Source: the human T2T-CHM13v2.0 reference genome, Homo sapiens. From it: a stretch of DNA of 64,000 nucleotides. Location of the stretch: the NCBI RefSeq assembly GCF_009914755.1, contig NC_060931.1; one strand, given 5' to 3'. The position numbers and the translations under genes were made by a program. Shown piece by piece: positions 1 to 22,050 of this stretch; position 1 is the stretch's first letter; every line of letters begins with the position of its first letter. The notes under the pieces were generated by a model. It did no database searches, had not been told where the DNA came from, and saw nothing but the letters and a program-made list of their open reading frames with translations.

Positions 1-1889
1 CTTAAGGAAGTTTTTTTCTTTATTCTTTAAAATTCACTGATTCATCTGAATTTTCACTAAGTATGTGAGTTATATTTATGACCAGAAAAACACTGAGAAG
101 TATCCAAGGGGAAGACCACCAAGGACCTCGCAGACGCATCACCTTGTGCACTGACTACATTGTAGGGTCCTGTCTCAGCTCTGCTAGCCCAGAAACTCTG
201 CTTAGCACCTGCATCAGTGAAGACCACCACCAACTCTGGCTTAAACAGACAGGAGCTTATTTTCTACAATGTCCAGAACAAGGCAAGTGGGGGCTGGGGC
301 AGCTTCTCATGGATGTCACCAAGGAGCCACAGCCCCTCTCTCTCTCCTTCCTCTGATATCCTTGAGTGTAGCTTTTGTCTTCATTGTCACAAAATCGCCG
401 CTGCACTTCCAAGCCTCACAATCATGTTCTAGGTAGAAAGAAATGGGAAGGGCAAAAAGGTTTTCTCCAGCAGGGCTTTACCTTTGTTATCGTGAAAAAG
501 GATACACTCCCTATAAACTTCCGCCCACGTTGCATTGGCCAGAACTGTGGCACACAGCTCCCCTGAGCTTCAGGAGGGTCTGGAGGGTGAGTATTTTAGC
601 TGGCATGTGGATTCTACTAACAGGGAAGAATGGAAAATAGATAACAGTGGCAACTGTCAGTGGTGCACAGCCTCCCTGGGGAATCGTTCTAGCAGAGAAT
701 GGTTCCTGCCCGCAATAGACTGATAGATGAACCAGGGTCCAGTGGATTCGTTCCCACTCCAACCACCAGAATGACCTTCCCACCAGAACACTGTCTTTCC
801 CAGGATCAGAGAACTGGTACGTAAAATTGTTAAACTAAACATTGCCTGTGAACATGGAATTTGGTCCATGGCAGGTGCTAATATTGGAGGGCATCTCCCC
901 AACGCTATGATATGGCCTGATGACTCTCCCTGCCCGAGACATCAGCGCTCCAGCATCCTGGATGCTCACAACACTCAAATTCCATGTCCCCCGGACAGTG
1001 CTGGGCAGACACCGTCAACATCCATCTCTCGGACTCCCCATTTTGTGGGTTGTCTATCCCCAAGTCGCCCTTCCTCTGCTCGCATTATTTATTTAGCTTT
1101 ATTAAAGTCATGTCTGATTTACCTTTGGCCTAGAAGGCAACCTGTCTCCTGCCATTTGCATTGATTCTAGTAACCAAGCTCTCCTGGGGGCCTTTCTTTT
1201 GTCCCCACAGGGGCAGCCAAGTGTTAAGCTCTGCAGACTCATGAAGCCAGCGATGTTGGGCTAGTGAGGGCTCTCTCCCTGTGTCTTGCCAGCACCTCAA
1301 AATTCTATCCTCCCAGGAGTGGTTGCAGTGTTAAGGGCTGTTTTGCGCAGAGAAGAAAAGGTTGAGGGGACCCGAGCATTTGCCTAACATATCTGAGTCG
1401 TTGTCAGAGGCTGGGCTTATGGAGCAGCTGGAAGGAGAAGCAGGACCAACAGATGCAAGGCACTAGAAGACAGATTTCGCCTACAACAGGCACTGTCCAG
1501 CGAAGTCAAGCATGCTCTGTTCCTGGACAGGGGTCCATCCATCTGGGCTGTGGTGGAGGGGATTTTCATTTTGCATGGATTCAAAGGAACATTCCAGCAG
1601 TAAGGAAAGTACATTCACCACCACTCCAGGTTCAATCCCCCAGAGTTTTAAATTTCTCCCATCTTTTTCTGGTTTCCCTTCTCCTTCTGAGAAATTTAGA
1701 CATCTTTTTTTAAAATGTCCTTACTGCCAGCCTCTCCATCACATTCCTGGTCCCAATCCAGACCTGAGTGTGGAAGTGTGAACCCCCTTTTCTAATAGGA
1801 CATCTGAGGCCACCATGGGATTTGCTAAAGGAATTGTTATGGGGTTCTCATTCAAAGGAAAATGCAAAATGTTGTCATGTTTGTGGAGT

Positions 1890-2240
1890 AAAGAACTAAG
1901 ATACGTGAGTCAGCCCGTCAGTCTCCCTCATGTTTCCTGGCCTCCCATGCATTTCAATGGGGCCATGAAACTGGCTCCAAGCAAAGCTCCAAGCTGGTGT
2001 GTCTCTTCGGTCACCACCTGGTAGCCACTCTCCACATGGCAGCCACTACAGAGGCCGCCTGCTGAGAGGGCAGAGTCACAGGATGTGAGCCCCTCGACCT
2101 CTGTCATGGCAGGGAGGAGCACTGCCTGGGACCTTGCCCTAATGAGAAATAAACCACGGTTGAGGTTTATTTCTTAACCATGGTTAAGGTTTTGGAGTTG
2201 GCTTACTACAGCAGTGAGCATGGCTTAACCTAACTAAACA
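1890..2240 (+). mobile_element. Old MaLR LTR (MLT1-type) fragment
   Basis: Typical MLT1 3' end: aataaa...ttttggagttggcttactacagcag...ctaactaaaca. Confidence 0.55.
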
Positions 2241-4039
2241 CTTGCCAAGCTTTTCACATATCCTTTAAATTGCATGACCACATATGGGGAGATCCTGTCA
2301 CTAACCACTTTACAGGTACAATAAATGAGGTCCTTTAAGCAATGACTCTGAGGTCACACAGCCAGCACATGTTGGAGCTCATATTTGAACCCAAGTCAAT
2401 CCAACTCCAAGGCAAATGTTTTCCCCACTCTATACTAACTCCCTTTCTTCAAAGAGGATAGTCCCAAATTAATTCTGTTGACTGGGGATTCTTTTTCCTC
2501 CCCTAAACCCCATCTAGAGAACTCAACCCAAAAGAACTTCTTTATATGCTCAAAGCTCTCCTCTATACCTCGCTCCTGTCCACTCTGCAAGCCCCTCAGC
2601 CAAGAGACAGCTGGAGGAGCATCCTCCAGCTAGAGAAAACATGACCACACACCCAGGCCTAGGCCACGCACGCCCGGGCCCCTTGCTTCACCACACAGAA
2701 AGCTGGAGGCTGTTTCCCACAAATACAAGTTGACCTAGAGGACATGTAAGTCCCATTTTAATGTCCAAGTGCTAGAATTTCATGAAGTAGCTGAAAAGTT
2801 ATGAGGGCTCAAGTGTAGCAACAACAGTGGGATGAACTGGGTCAATCAGGGAGGGAAGGACACCTGGATCTGAGAACGCTGATCAGGGAGGTGAAGGACA
2901 GGCTGGAGATGCAGGCAGTGCTGACCAGTGGGGAAATGCCAAGTCTGGGATCTCAGAAGCCTGATGCAGCTAAGGCCAAGACAGGATGGAGTTCAGGTAT
3001 GTCTACAGCGAGGTGGAGATGGAGGGAGCCTGCAAGTTATGCTCACCATAATGTGTGTGCCCCAGGAATGGAGTGACGAGAAGTCAGGATCATCCAGGAG
3101 AGGGGGTAAGGCCCAGAGGGCACCAGCCACACAGATTGTTGGGACTGTGTGTTGCAAGGGATGGCGTGCCTTTGAAGTGGAGTGGCAGAGGGTGGGGTGC
3201 GGGAGCGAGCGCAGGTCACAGTGCCTCCTGTCCTCCTAGAGTGGAGAGAAGTTGATTCTCTAAGAAGGGGAGAGAGCAGTTTGGATCCTATGGTGTGAGA
3301 TGGCTTTCCCCTTACCTTCTTGGAAATTGCCCTGGACCATCGAGCAGAAAGGAAAACCAAAACACAGTGGCCATACCTGATGAAGCTAGGAGACAGATAG
3401 GTCTCTGAACAATATCCTCTCCAAATGGAGTGAAGACTGCGCATGCAGGATGAGAGGAGAGAGTCCTTGGCAGTGGTGGCTCAGGAGGATGAGGGTGCAG
3501 CCCAGAGAGAAAACCTGGGACTCCTCACTTCCAACAGTGGAGGCAGACCCCAGGGGGCCTCCCAAGACCGAATCGGATCCCAAGAAGCAGAGGCGGGTGA
3601 AGGTGCAGTCACACTGATGAGCGCTTTTTGTAGGAAGCAGTCTGTCCAGAGGACCCATGGAGATGCGCCACCCAAACCCTGCTTTGAGGAAGGACCTGTC
3701 CCACCTTCTGCAAGTGCCATCAGGGGCGACCTCGAGCTGTCAGCCTCGCCAGGGCTTCTTCAGCTGAGGACCACTGCTCATCCAGGTCACATCAGCTTGT
3801 GTGCAACCCATATCCAAAGACTAATGGAAGCAGAAGTATCAAAGTTCACCACATCTGCCCAACCCCAGACAACTCTCTTGTTCCTTTCGGCCCCGGACCT
3901 CCTCATGGGTGAGCAGAGGCTGTCAGGCTGCATCCCAGCCCAACAACTGCCTCTGCCCATTCCTGCTTCCCCTCCTCCCTTCCTCAGGCATTGACCCAAG
4001 GGCACATATAATAAGCATCCTAATCCAGACTGTGACCCC

Positions 4040-4565
4040 TGAGGCAGCAGAAGAGTGCCCCCGCCAAGATGTCCTCATTATAATCTCCAAAACCTGTGAA
4101 CACGCTACTTTACTTGCCAAAAGGGACTTCGCAGGTATGATTAAATGAAGGATCTTGAGATGCTGAGATTAGCCTGGATTTTCCAGGTGGGCCCAATGTA
4201 ATCACAAGGGTTCTTATGAGAGGCAGGAATGTCCAAGAGAGAGATCTGGAGATGCTGTGTTTATGCATTTGAAGATGGAGGACCAGGCCATAAGCTAAGG
4301 GATGTCGTTGACCTCCAGGCACTGAAAAAGACAAGGAAGTGGATTCTCCCCTAGAACCACCAGAAGGAACATAGCCCTGCAAACATCTTGACACCACTTT
4401 ATATCTTACAGTTCTGGAGATCCAAAAGGGGTCATAAATCATTTTGCCCACTATGACCCCTTTTGGATCTACAGAACTGTAAGATATAAAGTTGTGTTAT
4501 TTTAAGCCAAATGTGCATTGTTCTAAGTTTGCAGTGTTTGTTACTACAAATATGAAAGTAATACA
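4040..4565 (+). mobile_element. MaLR LTR (MLT1D-like)
   Basis: aagggacttcgcaggtatgattaa...gatcttgagatg...ggtgggcccaatgtaatcacaagggttctt...ggattctcccctagaacc...ttttaagcca. Confidence 0.8.
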
Positions 4566-4779
4566 CACCCTAACGCAACAGCAGAAGAAAGACTTTGCAT
4601 TGCAGACAGCTCTACACCTTCCTATCCCTGCTGAGCGGAGAAAAGAAAAAGTTTAAACAAATTCTGTTTTTTAAAATATATGTATAATTCACAGGTTCAT
4701 TTGTGTCAGCCTAGAATGGCCCCGGCCCCTACCTCTTACGAACCTCCTGCAAATATCTGGTCCAAGAAAAACTTGTCTG

Positions 4780-6810
<2,031 letters not shown>

Positions 6811-7230
6811 ACAGACAGATTGTGATCAGGAAGCATCACACAGGAGCTTCTAGGGGGCCGGTGAGTTCGATTTCCCAACCTAGATGGTGGTTGTCTGAGT
6901 GAATCAAGTATGAAAATATAGGCACACTCACCAGCAAGAAATAGGACATGAGCAGCTAGAAGCGCAGGTGCAGGCTAAAGGAAGAAGAGGAAAGGCACTT
7001 GTGGCATAAATGGCAGGGGTATGAAACACAGAATCACAGTGGGCTCTGCTATGCTCCAGCGGCCCAGCTCTCCTTCCTTTTGGAAATTGCCCCTCACACA
7101 GCTTTGCATGGTTCAACTACCCCACAGAGGAAGAATCACGTGGCACATGCCTGGTCATCCTAGATTAATTCAAGAAGGATGGGCACATGACCCAAGCAGG
7201 GCCAATTTTCCATTTGATGCTGCTGATTTA

Positions 7231-7528
7231 ATTTTATTTCTTTTTCTTTAGAGACAGGGCCTCACTCTGTTGCCCAGTCTAGAGTACGGTGGCACTATCA
7301 TAGCTCACTGCAGCCTCAAAAACTCCTGGGCTCAAGTGATCCTCCTACCTCAGCCTCCTGAGTAGCTGGGACTACACCCAGCTAATTCTGTTTTTTGTTG
7401 TTGGCGGGGGTAAAGATGGGGTCTCTTTATGTTGCCTAGGCTGGTCTCAAATGCCTAGGCTCAAGCAATGCTCCCACCTCGGCCTCCCGAAATGTTGGGA
7501 TTAAAGGTGTGAGCCTCTGCATCCAGCC
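7231..7528 (-). mobile_element. Alu (AluJ-like), within an MLT1-type LTR remnant (about 7030-7850)
   Basis: gagacagggcctcactctgttgccc...ctcctgggctcaagtgatcctcc. Confidence 0.9.
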
Positions 7529-8089
7529 TGGTTATTTCTATTAAAGAGAAACAGGGCTTCCCTCATGAGAGCTGCATTTGTAAACATCACAACCTGGAGC
7601 TACCAGTCGCTTTCTTAAAGCCACAGAAAGATACTGCCAGAGAATGAACCCAACAAGAGTAAAGCAGAGCCAAAGTTGGCGACAGACTGAGCTCTCAGGA
7701 CATCAGTTGATCATGTAAATCCAGCCTAACCTAAAACCAGTAATATCCTGCCCTTCTATGTTATAGCACCCAACAGATTCCCTTTTAGCATAAGCTAGTT
7801 GGAGTTGGGTTTCTGCAACTTCCAACATAAAGTGCCTTGTCTAATAAAAATGTGTTCAGAAGACAGAGAGCAAGGCTTCAGTTAATATGAAGGTAGAGTG
7901 AGGGGAAGAAATGAGTTGACCTTGAACTTTACCACCAGTAGAACAATGGTTCATAGGACACACTGGGGAGTGAAAATTTTAGGAAGCTGGGAAAAGAGAA
8001 AAAGGCTAAGATAGATGGGGCAGAAGGGAGTAAGAATAAGGATCAGAGGAGAGCAACAGCCTGGGCCTTGTGACATGAGCAGGCCCGTG

Positions 8090-9010
<921 letters not shown>

Positions 9011-10529
9011 CAGCAGTATGGAAGGCATCCATTTTCCACCAACAATTGTGACAACAACATTTCTGCCTGCAGATTGCAATGAACGGCGTTGTGTTTGGGG
9101 AGAAACAGGCATAGCCATGGCTTCCTGATCCTGGATTGCAGCTAGTGGGTGATTCTGGTGTCCGCTTCCTGGTTGATGGGAGAGGTAGCAGTTCCCTTGC
9201 CAGTTCCTTGCTGGTGTTCTAAGAGTGGGTCTAGAAACAGTCTTCCAATTTGGCAACATTTTTATAGGCACTTAATTCTCTGTATTAAATCCTTTTCTGA
9301 TTTAAACGGCTAGAGTTAGTTCTATTGTCTGCAAGTCAAGTCTGCCTGATACCCCTGTTACAGAAAGGAATAGAAGGAAAGTAGACTAGACAGATCTCGT
9401 TACCAGAGGAAAAGGAGAATTAAAGAGAAGGCCAGTAGGAGAGAAGGACGTATGAAAAGATACGCAGAAATAGAAAGATGCATGCAGGGACAGATGCAAG
9501 TGCAAAAATGACTCAAATTGCTATTCATTAAGACCCAAGAGGATGCTCCACATAAAGGTAAAAGGCCTTGCTGGGGACAATGGCCCATGGTTGAGAGATG
9601 ACCAGTTGGTAATACGAAATTGGGAGGCTGACTTGCGAGGCTGGTGGGAAGTTGGTATGACGTTAGCAGAGAATGAGTGGAAAGTTGTTGAGAATGGTGG
9701 AGGATAGTGTGCAATACACTGGATAACTGTGACCTTGGGGGAATAAACAGCTAACTCTATCTTACCTTGGGCCTCAAATATCACAACTTCAGTGTGTGTC
9801 CAGTAGAATTAAAGTTCCTGGAGAAGCTGCTCAAATCTTTTAAAAATGATACAGAAAGACAAAGAGCATAATAATCGTTCATAGGACCATGCCAACTAGC
9901 TAAGAGACTGCTCCATATTCATTGTGAAGCAGCTACTAATGTTCTGAAGACATAAAACACTGTCCAGAAATAGTGAGTTGGAATAGGATTGCTGCTGTTG
10001 TTCATTGTCATTGTCGTTGTTGTCGTTGTTGTTAAAATACACTGATGAGGTGTAGGCTTGGTGGTAGAACAAGGGTGGCATGTGTGATTATGAGAATTCT
10101 ATTTATAAGTCAGAAAAGTTCCCTTGGGATATTTCTAGACTGCCAAGAATTTGGCAGGTGCCCATCAAGAACTAGGACCCTGAACCATGTACATCCAATT
10201 AATTAAATAACCAATGCATCCACCTAGACTGGTGAATGTGACTGATTTACTTTGAGCTGCCAAGTATGTGCCTGTAGGCAATGGAATAATGACCCCAGAC
10301 AGAGAAAATTTATAGCTCTTGGCACCTATTCTGACTCATTTCCTTCTTAGCCTACAGGAGGGTTTCAGGCTTCTAAAAAGAAACTCATTAATAGGGATTC
10401 AGTGGTCATCTTGCTGATGCCAGAGGTTGGAAGAGCTGGGTCTAGGTCTCCTGACTCTTTTTCTGGAATATGTTTATTGCTCTTTATCTAGGAAGTCCCC
10501 CTATTATATAATTACCTAACCTAAGACCC

Positions 10530-10820
10530 CTGTACTGAGTTAAATCATGTCCCCCAAAATCCATGTCCACCTGGTCCCTGTGGACGTGGCTTTCTTTAGA
10601 AATAAGGCCTTTGCAGATGTCATCAAGATGCCAAGAATTGCTGGCAACCACCAGAAGCTGAGAGAGGCAAGAAGACTCCTCCCTGGACCCTTCAGAGGGA
10701 GCATAGCCTGCCAACACTTTCAACTCCTGTCTTCCAGAACTGCCAGAAAGTCTGTTTCTGCCATTTAAAACTACCAGGTTTGTGGCATTTTGTTATAGCA
10801 GCCCTAGAAAACTTAATTCA
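10530..10820 (+). mobile_element. MaLR LTR (MLT1B/C-like, internally deleted)
   Basis: tgtcccccaaaatccatgtc...gccaagaattgctggcaaccaccagaagct...ttgttatagcagccctagaaaac. Confidence 0.8.
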
Positions 10821-11042
10821 ACCCTGAAATCTTTATTATGTTTATTCAGTCTGTGCCCTTTGGACACATTGCCCTAAATAGGACATTTCCAGCACATAGG
10901 ATACAGTAGTTAACTAGCATTTCATTAACGTCACCAGGTATATATTACACTTAAAATTTCTTAATAATTTCAATTAATAAACAGGACCAGATATGGATAT
11001 TAATGGCCCACAATTGCTTGTTTGTTTAATATCCTCAAATCA

Positions 11043-11210
<168 letters not shown>

Positions 11211-11949
11211 TATATATATATGTATATATGTCCCCAAATCACCACATAAAAGAGAACAGAACCAGAATAGCAAAACCAAAACCCTTCCTGAAAACGTTTC
11301 CTGTTGTAGATCTATGGAGAATATCTACAACAAATCTGGGTGACAAGGTGTCCCCACAAACTCACAAACCCAAATTATGAATGTGTCCGGGCAAACTGCT
11401 GATAGCTTCAAGAGCAGCGTGATGTAAACAGTTGTGTAGGAAAGAGGAAGAGCAGGAAAAACAGCTGGGCCTCTGCTGGGCCCGGGGATCATAACAGCAC
11501 AGCCCGTCTGGTGCGTGTCCAGGGACTCCCTGCAGGCCTGTCGGAGCGCAGCTGCCAGCACCGGGCAAGGGGTGTGTAGGTGCCGAGTCAGAGGTGAGAA
11601 CAAGGGGACCTCAGTAAGATGGAACTGTGCTGGAGTGACCTGGACCCTGGGAATTCAGCACACTGACACACCACAGCTGCCTTCTGAGTCCAAATCTTGC
11701 ACTGGGGAAAAACTGCTGAGAAAAGAATGTGAATTGATTGGGTTGGGGTCAATGGGGACAAAGAGAAGACAAGGCCCAGTTTAAAGTGAGGAGGAGATCA
11801 AAGGAGAGAGAGTGCTCAGAATGTGGGGTTCGTATCTTCTAACCCCGAGTGAAAGAACAGAAATCAGACTCTAGAGTCATAAAGTCCAAAAAAAGTTATC
11901 CTAGCCCAACCTTCTTCCCTAAAAGTACAGAAAATTCATTTTACTTAAG

Positions 11950-14040
11950 CATGAGCAGTGGGAAATAATTTCACATAAATATCATTCTAAGTTAATTTGA
12001 GAAAAAAGCGATGAGGAGCCAAATACTATCCTGCAGACAATGAAGGCTCACCAACCAGAATGACTTGGCCAAAGCACAAACCAACACTGGCCCTTCATAG
12101 TTCAAAATGAACAAAAATACACAAAGTGATGGATGCTATGAAGACCAGCATGAGTCAGAAGTAGAAAAGATCCAAAATAAGGAAATAAAACAATAGTATG
12201 AAAAGACAGAAGAGACTCAGATGTGAAATAAAAATTATTTTAGAAATGAAGTCTAAGTTAGAAGAACTGTCGGTGCAAATAGACACAGTGGATAATGTCT
12301 TAAATGAAATAAAGGATGAAAAAAGAAAAAAGTTTTAGTTAAAAGGTATGAACAAGGCAATGAAAAGAATACAAGAGAAAGTAACAGGAGGTGGACTAAG
12401 AAGATGAAGTATTCATATAATAAAAATCCCCAAGAAGAAAACAAAAGCCACAGAACAGAATAATATGGAAAACTAAATTTAGAATTTTCCTGAAATAAAG
12501 ATACTTAAAACTGCATACTGTAATGGATATGGAAGCATATTGTACAATAGGAAAGTCGTCACAGGATCACCAACAGGGACATATGCTTGTGGGACTACAC
12601 ACTTTGAAAAGAAAAAAATCTTTGGATGTCCAGTTTAACAGACCAAGTTACTTATGGAAGGAAGTGGAGGAAAGATTAGGTTGCATTTAGATTTTTCAAT
12701 GGCCATGCTTTATGCCAGAAGACAGTGAAGTAAAATATTTTAAGTACTCAAGGAAAGACAATGTGAGCCAAGACAACCTTTAAGTGGAAAGGCTATTGAC
12801 AGATCTTAGTTATGTCTGCAAATGTTGGAGAACTCAGGGAGTGTCACTCTCATGCACTTTTACTGAAGAATCCACTAAAGAACAAGCTTCAAACAACACA
12901 AATGACTGGAAAGCCGTTCATACAAGGACTGGCTGTAAGTTCAGTGCCAAGATGAAACGATAATTATAAGGGCGGTCATGTAGAAGGTGAGGGCTGTGTT
13001 CTGACACTGTAGATAGATTACAACAGTCAAAAATCCAGGAGGGAGCCCAGCATGGTGGTGGCACCTGTGTCCCCAGCTACTCGGGAGGCTGAGGCAGGAG
13101 GATCACATAAACCCAAGAATTCGAGGCCACAGTGAGTTCTGATCACACGACTGCACTCCAGCCTGGATGACAGAGAGAGACCGCATCCCTTGAGAAAAAG
13201 AAAACAGGGGAGAGAGTGGGGAAAGTAGATAAAAAGTAAAACAAGCTTGCTGGTTGCCTTATAGGTAGAAACAGAAATTCAAAGAGTATCGCTTCAGAAT
13301 ATATGCTGGAGCAGACAAGGGAGGGAGAAGATATTACTAACCAATTTTAATCTTGCTTGAAGTAGGGAACTAATACAAAATAACCACAACTAGGAAGCTA
13401 AAAGTGTCATATAAAGGTATTAGAATAAAGGTATTTATTAGAACAAAAATTCAAACCTTCTAAATACCAAAAGAAAGCTAAAAAAATTGATCACATTGAT
13501 ATATCGATATAGACATAGATATGTGCATACAATGATATGTATAATAAAACAATGTGACAACTGGGGTCAAACACATAGATCAGATCAATCAATATAATGG
13601 GGCTTAACTCAGCTGTTAGAAGAAAAAGGTATCCATATTGGCAAAAAAGGAAAAATCCAATATTATACTATATATCAGAGGCAATACTAATACAAAGAGA
13701 TTGCAAAAGTTTAAAAATAAAAGCTTATCAAAATGTTCAGTATAATTGAAAGATACAACAGGCAAATAAAAATTAAAAGAAATTATGAGTCACCATCTTG
13801 ATATCCAACAAGGCAGGATTCAGACCAGAGAGCATTAAATGAGACACAGAAGGAGGCTACAGAATCCCAAAGTCTGCAATCATGATGGAGATCTAACAGT
13901 AGGTGCCACTTATATGGCAGTGGCTTAGCAACAACTGTCATGAAGCAGAAAATATAAGAGATGACAGGAGAAATATACAGAAACATGTTGTTTTAAAAAA
14001 AAATAAGAATATTTAACACACCTGTCTCAATCCAAGACAA
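11950..14040 (+). mobile_element. Old L1 (ORF1 and 5' ORF2 endonuclease remnants), with an Alu monomer at about 13045-13205
   Basis: A-rich strand; motifs such as gaattttcctgaaat, gccagaagacagtgaagtaaaatattttaagtactcaagg and aatggggcttaactc. Confidence 0.65.
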
Positions 14041-14046
14041 ATCAAC

Positions 14047-14084
14047 TAGATAAATAGATAAATAGATGATAGAGATAGATAGAT

Positions 14085-14134
<50 letters not shown>

Positions 14135-14345
14135 AGAGAGAGATGACAGAGATAGATGGATGATTGATTGATAGATACAAAGAAAATTGATAGATGATGG
14201 ATGATTGATAGATATAAGATAGATAGATAGATACATAGATACATAGATAACAGAGATAGAAAGGTGATTGATAGATGATAGGTAGATAATTGATAGATGA
14301 TAGATACATAGATAGATTAGATAGATGATAGATAGATAGATAGTA
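14047..14345 (+). repeat. Complex (GATA/TAGA)n microsatellite
   Basis: About 12 perfect units at 14085-14134 within about 300 bp of degenerate GATA/GATT units. Confidence 0.97.
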
Positions 14346-14399
14346 TGTAGAAAACAAAATCATTAAAGTAGATATTATAGGTAAATTAAGCAATGAGGG

Positions 14400-14792
14400 T
14401 GGATGCCGTGATGTGTCACCCAGATTGTCTTTCTGAAATAAATGTCATAATCCCTACCTATGATGGAAAGTGCCACCAGAGGATGGCCCTCTGCTGTCCG
14501 CCCTCCCATGGATTTGCCTTGGCAGGAAAAAAACTGCCTCACCAAAGGTCACACCTCCTTCCGGAGCAGCCCACACTCAGTGATGGATTAACACGGGGAT
14601 AGAACAGCCAGGCCCATCATTCCTACGCAGCCTCTCTGAAGGGCCCTGCCAGCCCTAGAGGTCACTGTGGGCTCAGCTGGGCTCTCTGTTGAGGTTGAGT
14701 CACAGGCGGACTTGTCCCTCTACCCAGTCCTCCCTCTTCTCCCTCCTTCCAGTCTCTGTCTCAGAGTCTGCTCCCAGGGAATTCAACCTGTG
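14400..14792 (+). mobile_element. ERVL LTR (LTR16-like)
   Basis: 3' end tctcagagtctgctcccagggaattcaacct. Confidence 0.5.
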
Positions 14793-17960
<3,168 letters not shown>

Positions 17961-19273
17961 ACAAGGGGTGAGGCTCACCTGGAAAGCTGAGCATTTTCCT
18001 CCATGAGCCAATTATTGGCCTTTAGCCCTGACACCCACACTCCTTTCCATACTTCCCTCTGAATTGTAAAAATTACATTTCAGACTCCCTCACCAACTGG
18101 GTTCTGGCTGAGTTTCACCAATGAGAATCAATGACAGGAGAGGAGAGGAGACGAGAAAGAAGCCACTAAGCTTCTGCCACAACTGCAGCAGGCTACTGTG
18201 GCTTTTAGCAGCGCTGGTGGCTTCATGGGGACCACAGAGCAGCTTGCGTTTGGCAGCTTTCCAGCAGCAGCAGGGAGTGTGTGCTGTGGGCTCTCTCCAA
18301 GGGGCAGTGGCAGCTTCCTGACCTATTGGCATCACCCTTTCCTCCTGTTCACTGTGGCAGCTCTTCTTCCACATGTGTAGCCCATGTTTCCAATAGTTCC
18401 TGAACTAAATCCTCTTTGAAATATCTGGAGTAATGTCTGCTTTTATGACTGCACACTGGCTGATACATCATGACACCAGATGACCAGCAGCTATAACAGG
18501 TGTAGAGCTGATAAGAAGCTTATGCAAAGAAAGACGGGTATGGGATTGCCAGGAGCTGAGGGAAGAGGGGCTAACGGCCATGAATTCAGGGCAGAACAGC
18601 CATGAATAAGCTCCGGAATTAGTCCCAAGCATCCTATGAAGGCCAGTGGCTTGTGATTAATTCACAGACCCAGAGAGAGTCCGCTTTGCCTTCCTCTGCT
18701 CAGGGGAGAGAAAAGGATGCTGGAGAAGGGAGGCAGCATGGCTGGTCCCATACACTCCTCTTCCTAGCTCTCAACTGCCTCGGGCCAGTAGGCAGCAGCT
18801 GCAGCAGTCAGCACAGTGTGGAAGCTCTTCCATCGTTAGAAACCTGGGAGCTTTTGTCCATGAGGCTCATCCACCTTGAGAGTGACACCTCACGCTTCAG
18901 TCAGCAGGGAGAAGGAGAGGTGAAGGAGAAACTCTCCTCCCTTAAAAAGCACTTCCCAAAAGTTACATATGGCACTTTCACTCCCATCCTACTGGCCCAA
19001 GCTTAATCACAGGGCAACACCAAGCTGCAAAGGGGGCTGGTGAATGGTCGTTATTCTAGGAAGCCATGGGATGAGCTCAACATTGGAGGTTCCATTACTG
19101 AAGAGGAAAAGAATAATGGATATTGGGGCAGGCAATGAGCAGCTGTGGTCACAAAGGGTTGTGATGATATATGTAACCCCTGTGTCTACCATGGGGAAGG
19201 CCCACACATACAAAATGGAGATTGGCCTGTCTGCTGCACTCCTCCCAGCAAGCCCCTTAAAAAGTCACCTTCT

Positions 19274-19569
<296 letters not shown>

Positions 19570-19577
19570 TCATCTTC

Positions 19578-20353
<776 letters not shown>

Positions 20354-20455
20354 TCAATTTTCCTAAATATTCATTGGCCATTTCCCACCAAAAAATAATT
20401 CCGCACGTCTTCATAGGCCATGGAAGTCTCTTCTCCCTCTCACCGCTGGGCCTCA

Positions 20456-20788
<333 letters not shown>

Positions 20789-21147
20789 TCAGAAACGATT
20801 CCTGGTGTACCATCTCTGACCAGCTCTCACTTACCCAGGCCCCTCTCTAAGGACCTCATCGTTAATAACCAAACAGACTACAGGGTACTTCTGAACAAAA
20901 GGAGCCATCTCTTCCTCACAGGAATAACCTGCCTTTCTCCCAGGACATTCAGTTTAAACTACAGTCAGCTTTTAAAAATATTTTTACTGTTAATATAGAA
21001 GACAGAAATGGCTGTTTCCACTTTCAGTGAGAAAACATTGAGGTAGGAGGTGAAACCAGGCCCCGCAGTGGCTTGCTGTCACGTTGTGTAGGGGAAGAAG
21101 GCAGCTGGGAAACCCCTCTTCCCAAAAAATCATAAAGAACAGGCCTG

Positions 21148-22050
<903 letters not shown>

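Noticed and set aside
3443-3994. 183-aa ATG-initiated ORF in intergenic DNA
   Set aside because: No recognisable homology, promoter or splice context; flanked by repeat remnants.
14046-14393. ORFs rich in YLSI repeats
   Set aside because: Translation of the (GATA)n microsatellite.
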